In this document: piece after piece, positions 29,953-40,180 of the stretch | Layout of the letters: each line of letters starts with the position of its first letter | Position numbering within the stretch: position 1 is the stretch's first letter | Source of the DNA: an uncultured archaeon | Lineage (GTDB): Archaea; Asgardarchaeota; Lokiarchaeia; Sigyniarchaeales; SOKP01 | Reading direction: 5' to 3' | NCBI GenBank assembly: GCA_964632315.1 | Contig: CAZWEM010000003.1 | Span: 14,014-73,722 of the forward strand | Length of the DNA: 59,709 nt | Program-made: the position numbers and the translations under genes | Notes under the pieces: generated by a model | What the model saw: only the letters and a program-made list of their open reading frames with translations | What the model was told of the DNA's origin: nothing | The model's database searches: none

Positions 29953-30456
29953 CTAACGATCTTTTTTCAAAAATTTAATTATATTAAGGTATAAGACGAA
30001 GTTAATTATAGAACAAGCACAGGAAATTCCAGTGAAAATTGCTGGAAGAATCCACAAATATGTCGTAAAAATAGTGGCAATTATAATCATTATAAAAAGA
30101 AGAAGTGTTGCTATAAAATTTATCGCCATAAAAATCATACCTAATTTATAATTCCTGAACGGCTTAAGATATTTAAGATCAGTTACGCTGACAACTGATA
30201 ATACAACGCTGTATATAAAGAAAACAATAATGATGATAATCCCCATTTGAAATGCTAAAATTGTTAATATTTGAAATAAATCAGAGATATAAACACCAAT
30301 TTCGAAAATTTGGAACCCTCCCGGATTTATTAAGAGAATTAAGGTAATTGCACCGACTATACCTACGATAAGTATTACTAACAAAAAGGTCCGTATATTT
30401 GAATTGTCTCTGCTAATTTTAATCACCATTTTAAGGATTATTTTATAATTAACCAT
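29953..30456 (-). CDS. 4-TM membrane protein
   Basis: Hydrophobic segments. Confidence 0.65.
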   Translation of the reverse strand: MVNYKIILKMVIKISRDNSNIRTFLLVILIVGIVGAITLILLINPGGFQIFEIGVYISDLFQILTILAFQMGIIIIIVFFIYSVVLSVVSVTDLKYLKPFRNYKLGMIFMAINFIATLLLFIMIIIATIFTTYLWILPAIFTGISCACSIINFVLYLNIIKFLKKDR

Positions 30457-30917
30457 AAAATAAATCCAATTCCAGCAAAGAAAACTATTGAAGATAACCC
30501 ATATGTGAAAAATAATCCAATGAAGAGCAGAAGCAGTCCAATTCTATAAGTAACGCTTGCTCGTTTTACTTTTTTTTTGCATAAAAGAAATGCCTTATAT
30601 TTTAATTCGTCCCAATCAATGTTATCTATCTTGTATTCTCTATTAAATAATTTGTACTTATCATTGGAGATAGTATAGAGATCATGACTTTTAGCACTAA
30701 TATAGAGTTCTGTAGAGGCTAAGAAAAATATAAGCGCAAAACCAGCAGAAAATGAATTTAACAAAAAATAATACTGGGAGAATGTGAAACTTATAAAAAT
30801 AATACACCCCAGAGAAAGCAGGATTGATTTGATAATATGAAAATTTATAGTATTTAACCAATTGAATTCCTCTCTCTCTAGATTTGATTTTAAATCTTTA
30901 TCTTGATTGACATTCAT
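30438..30917 (-). CDS. Membrane protein
   Basis: Hydrophobic segments. Confidence 0.65.
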   Translation of the reverse strand: MNVNQDKDLKSNLEREEFNWLNTINFHIIKSILLSLGCIIFISFTFSQYYFLLNSFSAGFALIFFLASTELYISAKSHDLYTISNDKYKLFNREYKIDNIDWDELKYKAFLLCKKKVKRASVTYRIGLLLLFIGLFFTYGLSSIVFFAGIGFILWLIIK

Positions 30918-31206
30918 AATTAAACGTTTACTGGATTTTATCAGTAAGTTATAAAGAGTTATTCAATTATTTAAATATATCTCTAACTTAAAGACATTAT
31001 TCCGATATTTAATATAGTCTCTTTAATAATATTTTAATTCAGTAGATTTAATAGAAAAATGCAACTTATTATTTAATTAGCTTTGTCTCAAGTTTTTTTA
31101 TTTATAAAACATGCCTTTAAAATTGGGTTTTAGAATATTAGCATTTCAATAATAAGTAAAGAAACGTAATATATTATTATACTAAAATTAATGAACGTGA
31201 GTTTTT

Positions 31207-31695
31207 ATGGCAATTAAAGTTGGAGATGTAATTCGAGTTGAATATGAAGGGACACTCGATGATGGAACTGTTTTTGATTCAACGAAAAAAGAAGGGGCAG
31301 CTCCACTAAAATTTGAGGTTGGGGCAGGGCAACTAATTCTTGGATTTGATCAAGCAGTTCTGGGCAAAGAAGTGGGAGATGAATTTAATATCACTCTGCA
31401 ACCGAAAGAGGCATACGGTACTCGAGATCCGATGTTAGTTCAAACTATTAGTAGGGAACAATTACCCAAGGGATTAGATCCTGAACCAGGAATGATGGTT
31501 GGAGTGGGAGATCCAAATGGAACAAATTCACTTGCGTGGATTACTGCCGCAGATGATGAGTTCATTACATTAGACATGAATCACCCCTTAGCAGGAAAAG
31601 TATTGAATTTCACGATAAAGATACTTGAAACGGGATTAGAACCAGACCCTCCTGAAGCATGTGGCTGTGGCTGTGATTGTGGTCATGATCATTAA
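31207..31695 (+). CDS. slyD: FKBP-type peptidyl-prolyl isomerase, SlyD-like
   Basis: YEGTLDDGTVFDST, DMNHPLAGKVLNF, Cys/His tail CGCGCDCGHDH. Confidence 0.93.
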   Translation: MAIKVGDVIRVEYEGTLDDGTVFDSTKKEGAAPLKFEVGAGQLILGFDQAVLGKEVGDEFNITLQPKEAYGTRDPMLVQTISREQLPKGLDPEPGMMVGVGDPNGTNSLAWITAADDEFITLDMNHPLAGKVLNFTIKILETGLEPDPPEACGCGCDCGHDH

Positions 31696-31885
31696 TAATG
31701 ACTTGAAAAATCTTATTTTTTATTTTCTAAAGAGTTTATATAAAACCCTAAGATCATAATAGGCCAAGGAAATAACCATTAAAAGTGAATCTTTTTAGTT
31801 TAAATCAAATTGACGCAAACAATTTAATTTATTTATGCTTCATAATTTTAGATATCATACCTAATTGTCCTTTATTGAGTAAACC

Positions 31886-33211
31886 ATGTCCTATAAATTT
31901 ACTACTGAAGAATTATCAGAACTTTTAGTTGATTATAATAAAATAGCTTTAAAAGATATGGAACTTCCCGAAAAAGTATGCATTTGGGATGAAACATTAC
32001 GTGATGGAGAACAAAGTCCTAGTGTTTATCTAACTTTAGAAGAAAAGATCCATCTTGCAAAATTATTGGATGATATAGGAGTAAAATTGATTGCAGTTGG
32101 ATTCCCAGCGGTTTCTGACTCCGAGAAAAAAATCGTGAAAACTATAGTCAATGAAGATTGTAAAAATGCGATCATTTTAGGTATAGCCCGACCAAAGGAA
32201 GAAGATATCAATGAGTGCATTGAAGCAGATTTAAGTGAAATTGTTATATTCATGCCAATCTCTCCCATTTTTAGAAAGACTTTAAAGCAAAGTTCCGAAG
32301 AACAATTAGAGCAAATTGAATCTGCCATATTTTATGCAAAGGATAATGGTTTAAAGGTGAACTGGGTATCCGAAGATGGCACTAGGTGTGATTTCGAGCA
32401 TTTAAAAAATGTATCCCAAACAGCAATCAATTCTGGAGCTGAAAGGATTGTATTAGGAGATACAGTTGGAATTTTAACCCCTCAATCTGCTAGTTATTTA
32501 GTTAAAAGGATAAAAAACGAAATAATTGCACCACTAGGAAAAAAAATTCCTATGGGTATTCATACTCATAACGATTTTGGTTTAGCTGTAGCAAATACCA
32601 TTACTGGTGTTATTGAAGGGTGTCAGTACCCCCATACTTGCATTAATGGCTATGGTGAACGAGCTGGTAATGCTGCGCTAGAAGAGGTTGCAACAATATT
32701 GGAAAGATTAGGGATAAATACGGGTATAGATTTAACCAAACTACCCGATTTAAGTCAAGTGTGTGAAAAGTATTTTTGCAAGCCTTTATCTCAGTATAAA
32801 CCAATTGTAGGAGAATACGCTTTTTCACACGAAAGTGGATTACATATAGCAGCTATATTAGCACATCCGTTAACGTATGAACCAATCAATCCCAAAATGG
32901 TTGGAAGGAGGAGGAATTTTTATTTAGGAAAGTTTTCCGGTTCTAAATCAATTCTAAATGCGTTGAAGGAAAAGATACAGGTCCTAGATTTAGATATTCC
33001 TGAAGACATTATTAAGAAAATTGTAAATGAAGTTAAGAAAAAGCATGAAGATACTTCTAAGGAAGAGCTAAGAAAGTCATTTAATATAATCAAGGAAGAG
33101 CTAAAAAAAATCACTAAAGGTGTTAGTGATAAAGACTTTTTTGAAATCGTAAATAAATACGCTCAACCATATGTTCCAGACGACTTCAAACCAAAAAAGG
33201 AGAAAAATTAG
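31886..33211 (+). CDS. Homocitrate/isopropylmalate/citramalate synthase family (DRE-TIM)
   Basis: DETLRDGEQ, HTHNDFGLA, GERAGNA, AFSHESGLH; no LeuA regulatory domain evident. Confidence 0.9.
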   Translation: MSYKFTTEELSELLVDYNKIALKDMELPEKVCIWDETLRDGEQSPSVYLTLEEKIHLAKLLDDIGVKLIAVGFPAVSDSEKKIVKTIVNEDCKNAIILGIARPKEEDINECIEADLSEIVIFMPISPIFRKTLKQSSEEQLEQIESAIFYAKDNGLKVNWVSEDGTRCDFEHLKNVSQTAINSGAERIVLGDTVGILTPQSASYLVKRIKNEIIAPLGKKIPMGIHTHNDFGLAVANTITGVIEGCQYPHTCINGYGERAGNAALEEVATILERLGINTGIDLTKLPDLSQVCEKYFCKPLSQYKPIVGEYAFSHESGLHIAAILAHPLTYEPINPKMVGRRRNFYLGKFSGSKSILNALKEKIQVLDLDIPEDIIKKIVNEVKKKHEDTSKEELRKSFNIIKEELKKITKGVSDKDFFEIVNKYAQPYVPDDFKPKKEKN

Positions 33212-33230
33212 AATGAACGCTTTAAGCCAA

Positions 33231-34613
33231 TTATAACATCTTATTTACTTCGTCTATCTGGTCTTGAGTTTTTTTTAGATCACTCTTTAATTGATTGATT
33301 CTTTTCTTATATGAATCATTATCTAAGTCCCCAGCGTCGTGCTTCTTTTCAACAAATTCGATTAAATTTTTAACTGAGTTAATTTTATTTTCTAGGCTTT
33401 TCTTTTCAGTTAGTAATTCACTTTTTTTTGGTTTTTTCTTAGATCTTGAGCGTGCTATTAATTTGCGTGAATCATCAAATTTTGGTATATCAATCTCAGA
33501 TCTGGATTGAAGACTAGCCGGTTTAGGGGGCAAGTTAGTTAAAGTCGTATCCAATGGTTCATCGAATATACTGATAGGTTTTTTAGGACTCGCAGAATCA
33601 TCAGGAACTGGAGCTACCTTAACATCCTCATTAACTACTTGATTCAATTCATTTTTTTCTGGATTAGCATAACCTTTTTTTAATTCTAAGATCTCTTCCT
33701 CACTTGCTCCTGCAGAATCGATGAGTTTGTCAATGGTATTTTTTATCATGTTAATTTGGTTTTGAAAGATTTTAAGTAATTCGAAAAGTTCACTTTTACG
33801 CGAAATTTTCATTGAAAAATCAATATTTACCTTTCTTCTTGTCCCTGTATCTACAGGTGCATCATTCATTATAGGTATTGAAGATTTGGGTTGGGGAGCA
33901 ATTTCAGGTACGGCACCACTCGCTCTTAATTCCGTTCTATACTCTGATATTAACCAATTAAAGATATTATATGCCAAACTTGGATGCTCTTCGCTACTAA
34001 ATCCTCCTCCCACTCTATCACGGAACATTTCATAGCTACCGATGGCACAAACCCTCCCTTTATCTGATTCAGAAACGCACATTAGGGGGGAAGAGAATGG
34101 TTCTGATGTTTCGTTAGATGATGCGATTGAGATCGCATTACCTAATACCATTAGAGAGCATCCAGACCGAAAACAGAGTGAGGAAATTCCATTAGTTATA
34201 GGATGTGGTGGAATGAATGAAGTGATAATAGGCATGTTTTCCATTCCTAAATTGTAAGTGGAGTCTAAAACTTGATCGTTTTCAAAGGATATGCCAAAAT
34301 TTTGGGATAATTCACTTAAATTACTATTTCTCCCCTTATCTCCACCAGCGTGAGAGAGCAATAATAAACCTCCACCGTCCTCTCTAACCCAGTTTACAAT
34401 TTCCGTGATTTCTAACGAAGAGATCTTCGAGAAATCAGGACACACGAATACTAAAATATCATAAGGTTTAAGAGACGATTGAGTAATAGGTGCTTCTAAA
34501 AAATTATAACATTCAAAACCATTACTATTGAGAAAATCCCTTAATTCAGTAAGATTTTCATCAAGTCTACCACGTGGTTTATGAGCAGTATCAAAAGCGA
34601 CGTAATATGGCAT
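33231..34613 (-). CDS. GIFT/IFT52-like (GATase-fold) domain protein with Pro-rich linker and C-terminal coiled coil
   Basis: WVREDGGGLLLLSHAGGD..NSNLSELSQNFGISFENDQV, HPITNGI, GRVCAIGSYEMF. Confidence 0.7.
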   Translation of the reverse strand: MPYYVAFDTAHKPRGRLDENLTELRDFLNSNGFECYNFLEAPITQSSLKPYDILVFVCPDFSKISSLEITEIVNWVREDGGGLLLLSHAGGDKGRNSNLSELSQNFGISFENDQVLDSTYNLGMENMPIITSFIPPHPITNGISSLCFRSGCSLMVLGNAISIASSNETSEPFSSPLMCVSESDKGRVCAIGSYEMFRDRVGGGFSSEEHPSLAYNIFNWLISEYRTELRASGAVPEIAPQPKSSIPIMNDAPVDTGTRRKVNIDFSMKISRKSELFELLKIFQNQINMIKNTIDKLIDSAGASEEEILELKKGYANPEKNELNQVVNEDVKVAPVPDDSASPKKPISIFDEPLDTTLTNLPPKPASLQSRSEIDIPKFDDSRKLIARSRSKKKPKKSELLTEKKSLENKINSVKNLIEFVEKKHDAGDLDNDSYKKRINQLKSDLKKTQDQIDEVNKML

Positions 34614-34753
34614 GATAATTCAGACATTGAATATTGTTTTTTAAGATAATATTTAAAATCATGAAATTATTGGAATGTATTTGAATCTTACTATAAATAT
34701 AATTGCTCAGATTAAAAAACATATGTAAAATATAATACTACTTTTAAAGGCAT

Positions 34754-35854
34754 TTAATAGCTACTCCTCTCTCCGATAATTAAGTTGTCCTTCGTGATAT
34801 TTCCCACACTAGCATTACTTCCTATTATTGAATTTTCAGTGATCACATTCGTTAAATGCGTATATCTTTCAATTACGCAATTTGAGAGAATACATCGCTG
34901 AATTTTGCATTCTTCTCCGATGGAAACATAGGGTCCAACGACAGAATTAAATAATTGCACGTTTTTTCCAATATGTACCGGATTATTTATGTAAGATCTT
35001 TCAGAGACAATGTTTAATTTAGAAAATTCTTCTTTTTTAATATTTTGTGATTCCAATAAATATCTATTTCCTCGTAGTAATTCAGTGGGTTTCCCAAAAT
35101 CAAGAATTCCCTTTTTCAACACTACTGCAGAAATTTTAAACCCTTCATCAATAATATCTTGCAAGCTCTGGGTAAGATATATCTCTTTTGAATTTTCAGT
35201 TCTTTGATCAAGATATTTCTTTAAGTGTTTAAATAGTGCTTGCATTGTTGGATTCGAAAATACATACATGCCCCCTATCGCTAAATTTGAAACATATTTT
35301 TTTGGTTTCTCCACTAATTCTTGTATGACGGAATTCTCATCTAATTTCACTACTCCATAAGAACTTGCTTCATCTTTGGGAACTTCCCAAACGGTTATCA
35401 TTCCATCCACTCCCGCTTCATAATATCGATACATTAAAACGGAATAATGTTCAATGGGAATCATATCAGCAAGAAATATCAAAGCACCCGCTCGTTTTTC
35501 TTCTTCTTTGGAATCAAATGAGACTTCTTCGAATCTATCTTTGGTTAAATATATTGATTCTCCTAATCCCCAGAAATATGGAATATCTTCTTCACTGTAT
35601 CCACGAGGTATTTGCTCAATAAAGGTGAGTTCGAACTTATCGTTATACTTTTCTTTGACAAATTCAATTATCTGCCTTTTTTTGTATCCAACAATTAATA
35701 TTAATTCAGGTTTATTCTCAAAAGTATCTCTAAAACGATCGAGAATATGTTCGAGTACTGTTTTACCCGCTATCGTCATAAAAGCTTTTGGTTTACTTAG
35801 AGTAAATGGTCGCAAACGGGAACCGATACCAGCTACAGGCCCTATAATTTTCAT
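34754..35854 (-). CDS. Sugar-1-phosphate nucleotidyltransferase (glucose-1-P thymidylyltransferase-like)
   Basis: AGIGSRLRPFTLSKPK, ELVEKP, C-terminal left-handed beta-helix. Confidence 0.9.
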   Translation of the reverse strand: MKIIGPVAGIGSRLRPFTLSKPKAFMTIAGKTVLEHILDRFRDTFENKPELILIVGYKKRQIIEFVKEKYNDKFELTFIEQIPRGYSEEDIPYFWGLGESIYLTKDRFEEVSFDSKEEEKRAGALIFLADMIPIEHYSVLMYRYYEAGVDGMITVWEVPKDEASSYGVVKLDENSVIQELVEKPKKYVSNLAIGGMYVFSNPTMQALFKHLKKYLDQRTENSKEIYLTQSLQDIIDEGFKISAVVLKKGILDFGKPTELLRGNRYLLESQNIKKEEFSKLNIVSERSYINNPVHIGKNVQLFNSVVGPYVSIGEECKIQRCILSNCVIERYTHLTNVITENSIIGSNASVGNITKDNLIIGERSSY

Positions 35855-35879
35855 CTTATTGTATTCTATGTTGTGTTAT

Positions 35880-36656
35880 TTAATAAAACTTTGATTTATC
35901 CTCATCAAATATTCTTTGTAAATATCCAAATAGCAAATCAGCACCATGTTCTTCTTTTATTGAACAAGGAATTAATTCTGAAGTCGAACCTAACTGAATG
36001 AAAACATCCGATATTAACATTGATAATTCTCGAATTAAACCACTTTCCCTTTCATTTGTAGAATCTTCAAGTGCTTGGAAGTCTTGGCTCCAATCTACTA
36101 TCATGTCTATTTGATCATCGTCAATGAGATCAGATTTAGACAAAATATTTATTTGCGGAATATCACGAAACCTAAATTGCACAGATGCTGCAAGTAATAA
36201 GGTTGAAATAAACCCATTAGGTCTTAATACAAGATTAGAATCGAATAGAAATGACACGGACCTTTGAATAGACCCAAATCCTAAGGAACTAGCGATTAAC
36301 GGTCCAGTATCTCGAAAAGCAAATAATTCCAGCTGTCCCGCAGTATCTACAAATATCCAATCGGGAGAATATTCATCAATTTCATCTTTTAAATCATCTA
36401 GATAATTAACCATTAAATCAGAACTTAGAATCATGGCACCATTAGGACCTAATCCATATTCGTTCATAACCTCATCTAACACGAGATAATCACGTATGTC
36501 AATGTCTGGTACGTAAGGCATTATCTTTGAACCTGGATCTAAATTTAGCGTTATTGCAGAAGTTTCAGGATCGCGATTAATGATATAATCTTTAAGTAAA
36601 CCTGTTAAAGTAGATTTACCACTACCTGCAGTTCCTATAAAATAATTTAAGAGAAT
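35880..36656 (-). CDS. GPN-loop GTPase (probable ATT/ATA start)
   Basis: GTAGSGKST P-loop and LNLDPG lie upstream of the ORF-track ATG; also LGPNGA, DTAGQLE, SKSDL. Confidence 0.93.
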   Translation of the reverse strand: MLLNYFIGTAGSGKSTLTGLLKDYIINRDPETSAITLNLDPGSKIMPYVPDIDIRDYLVLDEVMNEYGLGPNGAMILSSDLMVNYLDDLKDEIDEYSPDWIFVDTAGQLELFAFRDTGPLIASSLGFGSIQRSVSFLFDSNLVLRPNGFISTLLLAASVQFRFRDIPQINILSKSDLIDDDQIDMIVDWSQDFQALEDSTNERESGLIRELSMLISDVFIQLGSTSELIPCSIKEEHGADLLFGYLQRIFDEDKSKFY

Positions 36657-36740
36657 TTTTATCTAACCTCAATGAAATATAGCTTAAAAGAGAATAATGT
36701 ATGACTATTAAAAAGTTAGTATCATAAAATTTTTATCTTC

Positions 36741-37739
36741 TTATTTGGGTGGTTTTAAATTTTCTAAAGAAAGGTCTTCACTTTGTTTGTTTTCGAGTCT
36801 TTTAATTTGATTTTGAATTGCAATCTCCTCTTTTTCTCGAAGATTTTCCTCGCTTAACGTAATGGATTGTAGTTCTTTTTCAGTCATTGGTTTTAAAATT
36901 TTTCGAATATCAAATTCAGAATTATCTGTAGTAGTTTTTTGAAAAACTTCCTTCATTTCCCTTATTACTAATAGTTTTGCTGGTGATCCGCCAGCTACTA
37001 TAGCTGATCTCGAAGGAGAATTTTTAATTCTTTCGATTCCCGAATCGCTATTCCTTCTTACTGGAGGTCCCGAAGGGAGATATGAGCCGCCACCACCATT
37101 AAGTGAAACATGTTTAAGAACGGTTGTGAGATTTTTTAGTTCATTTGCTATTATTTTTAACGTCTCATTATTTTCCCTAATCATGGATATTAGAGAAGAA
37201 TTCTCGGGATTACTATCTGAGATACTTTCAATACTTTCTTTTTCGATAAGAATGGTGTTCTTTTGAGTATTATTTTTATGATCTGTTTGTATTTCCTGGA
37301 TTAATTTTGCATGAGTGATAATACTTTTTACTTTTTTCCTTGAGTTTAAATCTCCAAATTGATATCCATCGTAACAATCTTCATTTATCCAGAGATCGGA
37401 TAATCTAATTTTTTCCGTGAAATTATATTCGAGCTTATATCCATTATGTAGTTGAATGATCAATTGTAACAATTTTATTTGAAGGTCATCCACTCCTCGA
37501 AATTCATCTAAGTCAATCGGGAATGATAACATATCATAGGTATAATATACCTTTTTGATTGATAATAGAATTGGCTCTCCTCTTCGGAAAAGGCCTTGAT
37601 CGAGCATTTTTGAGATCTCAAATTGGATATTAATATACCTAATATTCTCTGGAACGAAGATCTCCCTTTCATCTTCTCTTTTTTCAAATTCTAAAAATAA
37701 ACGTTTTTGGTCGTCCCAAAAGACTTGGAACAATTCCAT
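36741..37739 (-). CDS. Hypothetical protein with coiled coil and Gly/Pro-rich linker
   Basis: 332-aa ORF. Confidence 0.7.
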   Translation of the reverse strand: MELFQVFWDDQKRLFLEFEKREDEREIFVPENIRYINIQFEISKMLDQGLFRRGEPILLSIKKVYYTYDMLSFPIDLDEFRGVDDLQIKLLQLIIQLHNGYKLEYNFTEKIRLSDLWINEDCYDGYQFGDLNSRKKVKSIITHAKLIQEIQTDHKNNTQKNTILIEKESIESISDSNPENSSLISMIRENNETLKIIANELKNLTTVLKHVSLNGGGGSYLPSGPPVRRNSDSGIERIKNSPSRSAIVAGGSPAKLLVIREMKEVFQKTTTDNSEFDIRKILKPMTEKELQSITLSEENLREKEEIAIQNQIKRLENKQSEDLSLENLKPPK

Positions 37740-37825
37740 TTTTATTTATGACCTTTTATAATCTCTCTTTAGTACATGGAATTTTTAATGAAAAGAATCG
37801 TCCTACTCTTTAAATAATAGTGAGT

Positions 37826-38239
37826 TTAGGGAATTTTTGATTTTTTTAATCTTGAAAAGTAATAAATCGGGCGATTTAAATGGTTTTGAAAGTAGTTGAT
37901 CTCTTCTTTTGTTTGGTCTCAGATATAATCATCCACATCTAAAACCAGTATTACATCATACTGGTGTAATTTTCTAAGAGCGATTTCTTGTAATTTATCC
38001 CATTCTTCTACTGAAAATTCTTCCTTGTTCAATAATCCATCCACAGAACAAATACCAACAATTTTTTTATACATGATTTGAAGGATTGATTCAATTCTAA
38101 TAAAGTAATTTTTAAATCGAATTGAACCCACTAAAAAGATTTTTTCTTCATGGATTTTGGAAAAATCATAACTCTCGAATTCTTCCAAGAAATTCTTATT
38201 CAATCGCTCGTTAATCATAATAAAATTAAAAGACACCAT
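37826..38239 (-). pseudogene. Nucleoside-2-deoxyribosyltransferase-like protein interrupted by in-frame TGA (37919-37921)
   Basis: KIFLVGSIRF...LRKL..YDVILVLDVDDYI*DQTKEEINYF...RPIYYF. The TGA sits where the family has YIG(D/E)xTxxEI. Confidence 0.6.
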
Positions 38240-38256
38240 TGTTATTGAATTGACCC

Positions 38257-39060
38257 ATGAAGATAAATGAAGTGTTTTTAGGGGATAATCTGGATTTAAT
38301 GAAAGATATTAAATCCGAGTTTGTTGATTTGATTTACATTGACCCTCCTTTTTACAGTGGTGTCGATTACAAGGAATTTTCCGATGTTTGGTTTTCTTTA
38401 GATCAATATTTAGGATTTATGCGCCCTAGAATTCGGGAAATGTATCGAATTTTGAAAGAAACGGGTAGTTTTTACATTCATTGTGACGCAAATGCGATGT
38501 TTGATCTAAAACCAATATGTGATGAAATTTTTGGAAGAGAGAAGTTCCGAAGAGAAATTATTTGGAATGTGGGAAGTGTATCCGGTTTTAAGAGTCAAGT
38601 GAAAGGATGGGTAAGACAACATGATACTATCTTATACTATACGAAATCTGATGATTTTACATTTAATAAGCAGTATCTTCCTTATAGAAAAGAGTATGTG
38701 AAAAAAATGTTCAGGTATAATGATGAGGACGGGCGATTATACCGAAAGAGACGGGGAGGAAGACAATATTTAGATGAAAAGCCGGGTAAGGTAGTAGGAG
38801 ATGTGTGGAATGATATCTTTTCATTTCAAACCACTACACGATCAAAAGAATATACTGGTTATCCCACCCAAAAACCTAAAAAGTTATTGGAAAGGATATT
38901 GTTGTCGTCATCAAATAAAGGAGATATTGTAGGTGATTTTTTTTGCGGTAGTGGAACAACATTAGTAGTCGCAAACACTTTAAATCGCAAATGGATTGGA
39001 TCTGATGATAATCCTAAAGCAATCAAATTGACAAAACAACGTTTAGAAAATTTGCACTAA
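38257..39060 (+). CDS. Orphan N6-adenine/N4-cytosine DNA methyltransferase (beta class)
   Basis: LIYIDPPF (motif IV) precedes YPTQKP and DFFCGSGTT (motif I). Confidence 0.93.
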   Translation: MKINEVFLGDNLDLMKDIKSEFVDLIYIDPPFYSGVDYKEFSDVWFSLDQYLGFMRPRIREMYRILKETGSFYIHCDANAMFDLKPICDEIFGREKFRREIIWNVGSVSGFKSQVKGWVRQHDTILYYTKSDDFTFNKQYLPYRKEYVKKMFRYNDEDGRLYRKRRGGRQYLDEKPGKVVGDVWNDIFSFQTTTRSKEYTGYPTQKPKKLLERILLSSSNKGDIVGDFFCGSGTTLVVANTLNRKWIGSDDNPKAIKLTKQRLENLH

Positions 39061-39130
39061 AAGATGTAATTTTTTCAATAAAGAATGATTATTTCACCAA
39101 TCAAATTTAATTTTCAAAAGAGGTAATTTT

Positions 39131-39481
39131 ATGAGTAAAAAATTCGCATTATTTGCATTTAATGGGGATCCTATGTGCTTCATTCACGTGATTTTAAATG
39201 CGTTAGACCTTAAAAAGAGAGGATATGAAGTAAAAGTAATTGTTGAGGGATCTGCTACAAAATTAGCAGCTCAATTCGAAAATGAAAGCAATCCTTTTTA
39301 TAAACAATATCAAGACTTGAAATCTTCTGGTTTAGTTGATTGTTTTTGCAAGGCTTGTAGCAATAAGATGGAATCATTAGAAGAAGTTCAAAAATTGGGT
39401 TTCAATACGTGTGATGAATTAATGGGGCATCCCAGTATGGGTAAGTATTTAGATCTAGGATATACAATAATCACGTTTTAA
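39131..39481 (+). CDS. DsrE-like protein
   Basis: HVILNALDL, IVEGSATK, CKACS, GHPSM. Confidence 0.8.
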   Translation: MSKKFALFAFNGDPMCFIHVILNALDLKKRGYEVKVIVEGSATKLAAQFENESNPFYKQYQDLKSSGLVDCFCKACSNKMESLEEVQKLGFNTCDELMGHPSMGKYLDLGYTIITF

Positions 39482-39562
39482 TTTCGCTAAGATTGAACAG
39501 TAGATTTCACTAAATTTGTTTTAAATTTAACGAAAATATCAAATTAGCAGAAAGTGGGAGAC

Positions 39563-39940
39563 TTACTTTCTTATAATTACTTTCTCGATTTCAATCCACT
39601 TTTTTGCTTCTTCTAAATTCACAACAATCTTTCTTTTTGGAGAAGATGCTTTATTTATGAGATATTTCATCTCTTCACTTAATGGTGGATTTTCTGCTAT
39701 AATGAAAGCGGAACGATGAAGTTTTTCATTATTTCTCTTTAACAAGTCTAAAATAATTTGAATTGAATCTAATTTGAGAAAAATCGCATCTGTTATATCA
39801 ACGACTACACATAATCCTGATTGAATATCTTTTGTCAACTCTTCGAATTCTTTTACGAATTTTTCTGAAACTAGATGAGGAAATGTTCCAATTGCTTTTA
39901 TATAAAACTTATTTTCTTGCAGTTTTTCAATTTGATACAT
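39563..39940 (-). CDS. STAS/SEC14 (SpoIIAA-like) domain protein
   Basis: VVVDITDA ... NLEEAKKWI. Confidence 0.6.
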   Translation of the reverse strand: MYQIEKLQENKFYIKAIGTFPHLVSEKFVKEFEELTKDIQSGLCVVVDITDAIFLKLDSIQIILDLLKRNNEKLHRSAFIIAENPPLSEEMKYLINKASSPKRKIVVNLEEAKKWIEIEKVIIRK

Positions 39941-40180
39941 CTAGGTAGATCCAAAACTAGTGAGTGAGTTATAATAATATAACCACTTTGGTTTTATAAA
40001 TTTTTAAAATTTATCCTAAAAATTCAGTGAGTTTAAATACTTAAGTATTCTCAATCTCCCGTGTGAGGGCCACATAACGTGAGAATGTCGGATTTTTTAT
40101 AGTTTTATTTAAATGTATTGTTATTCGCAGAGCCAATAAGTAAAAAATGGTTTATAATCCAAAAAACAAGTGAAAAAAGC

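Noticed and set aside
37919-37921. Selenocysteine codon
   Set aside because: The TGA aligns with a Gly position (YIG), not Cys, and I recognised no SECIS.
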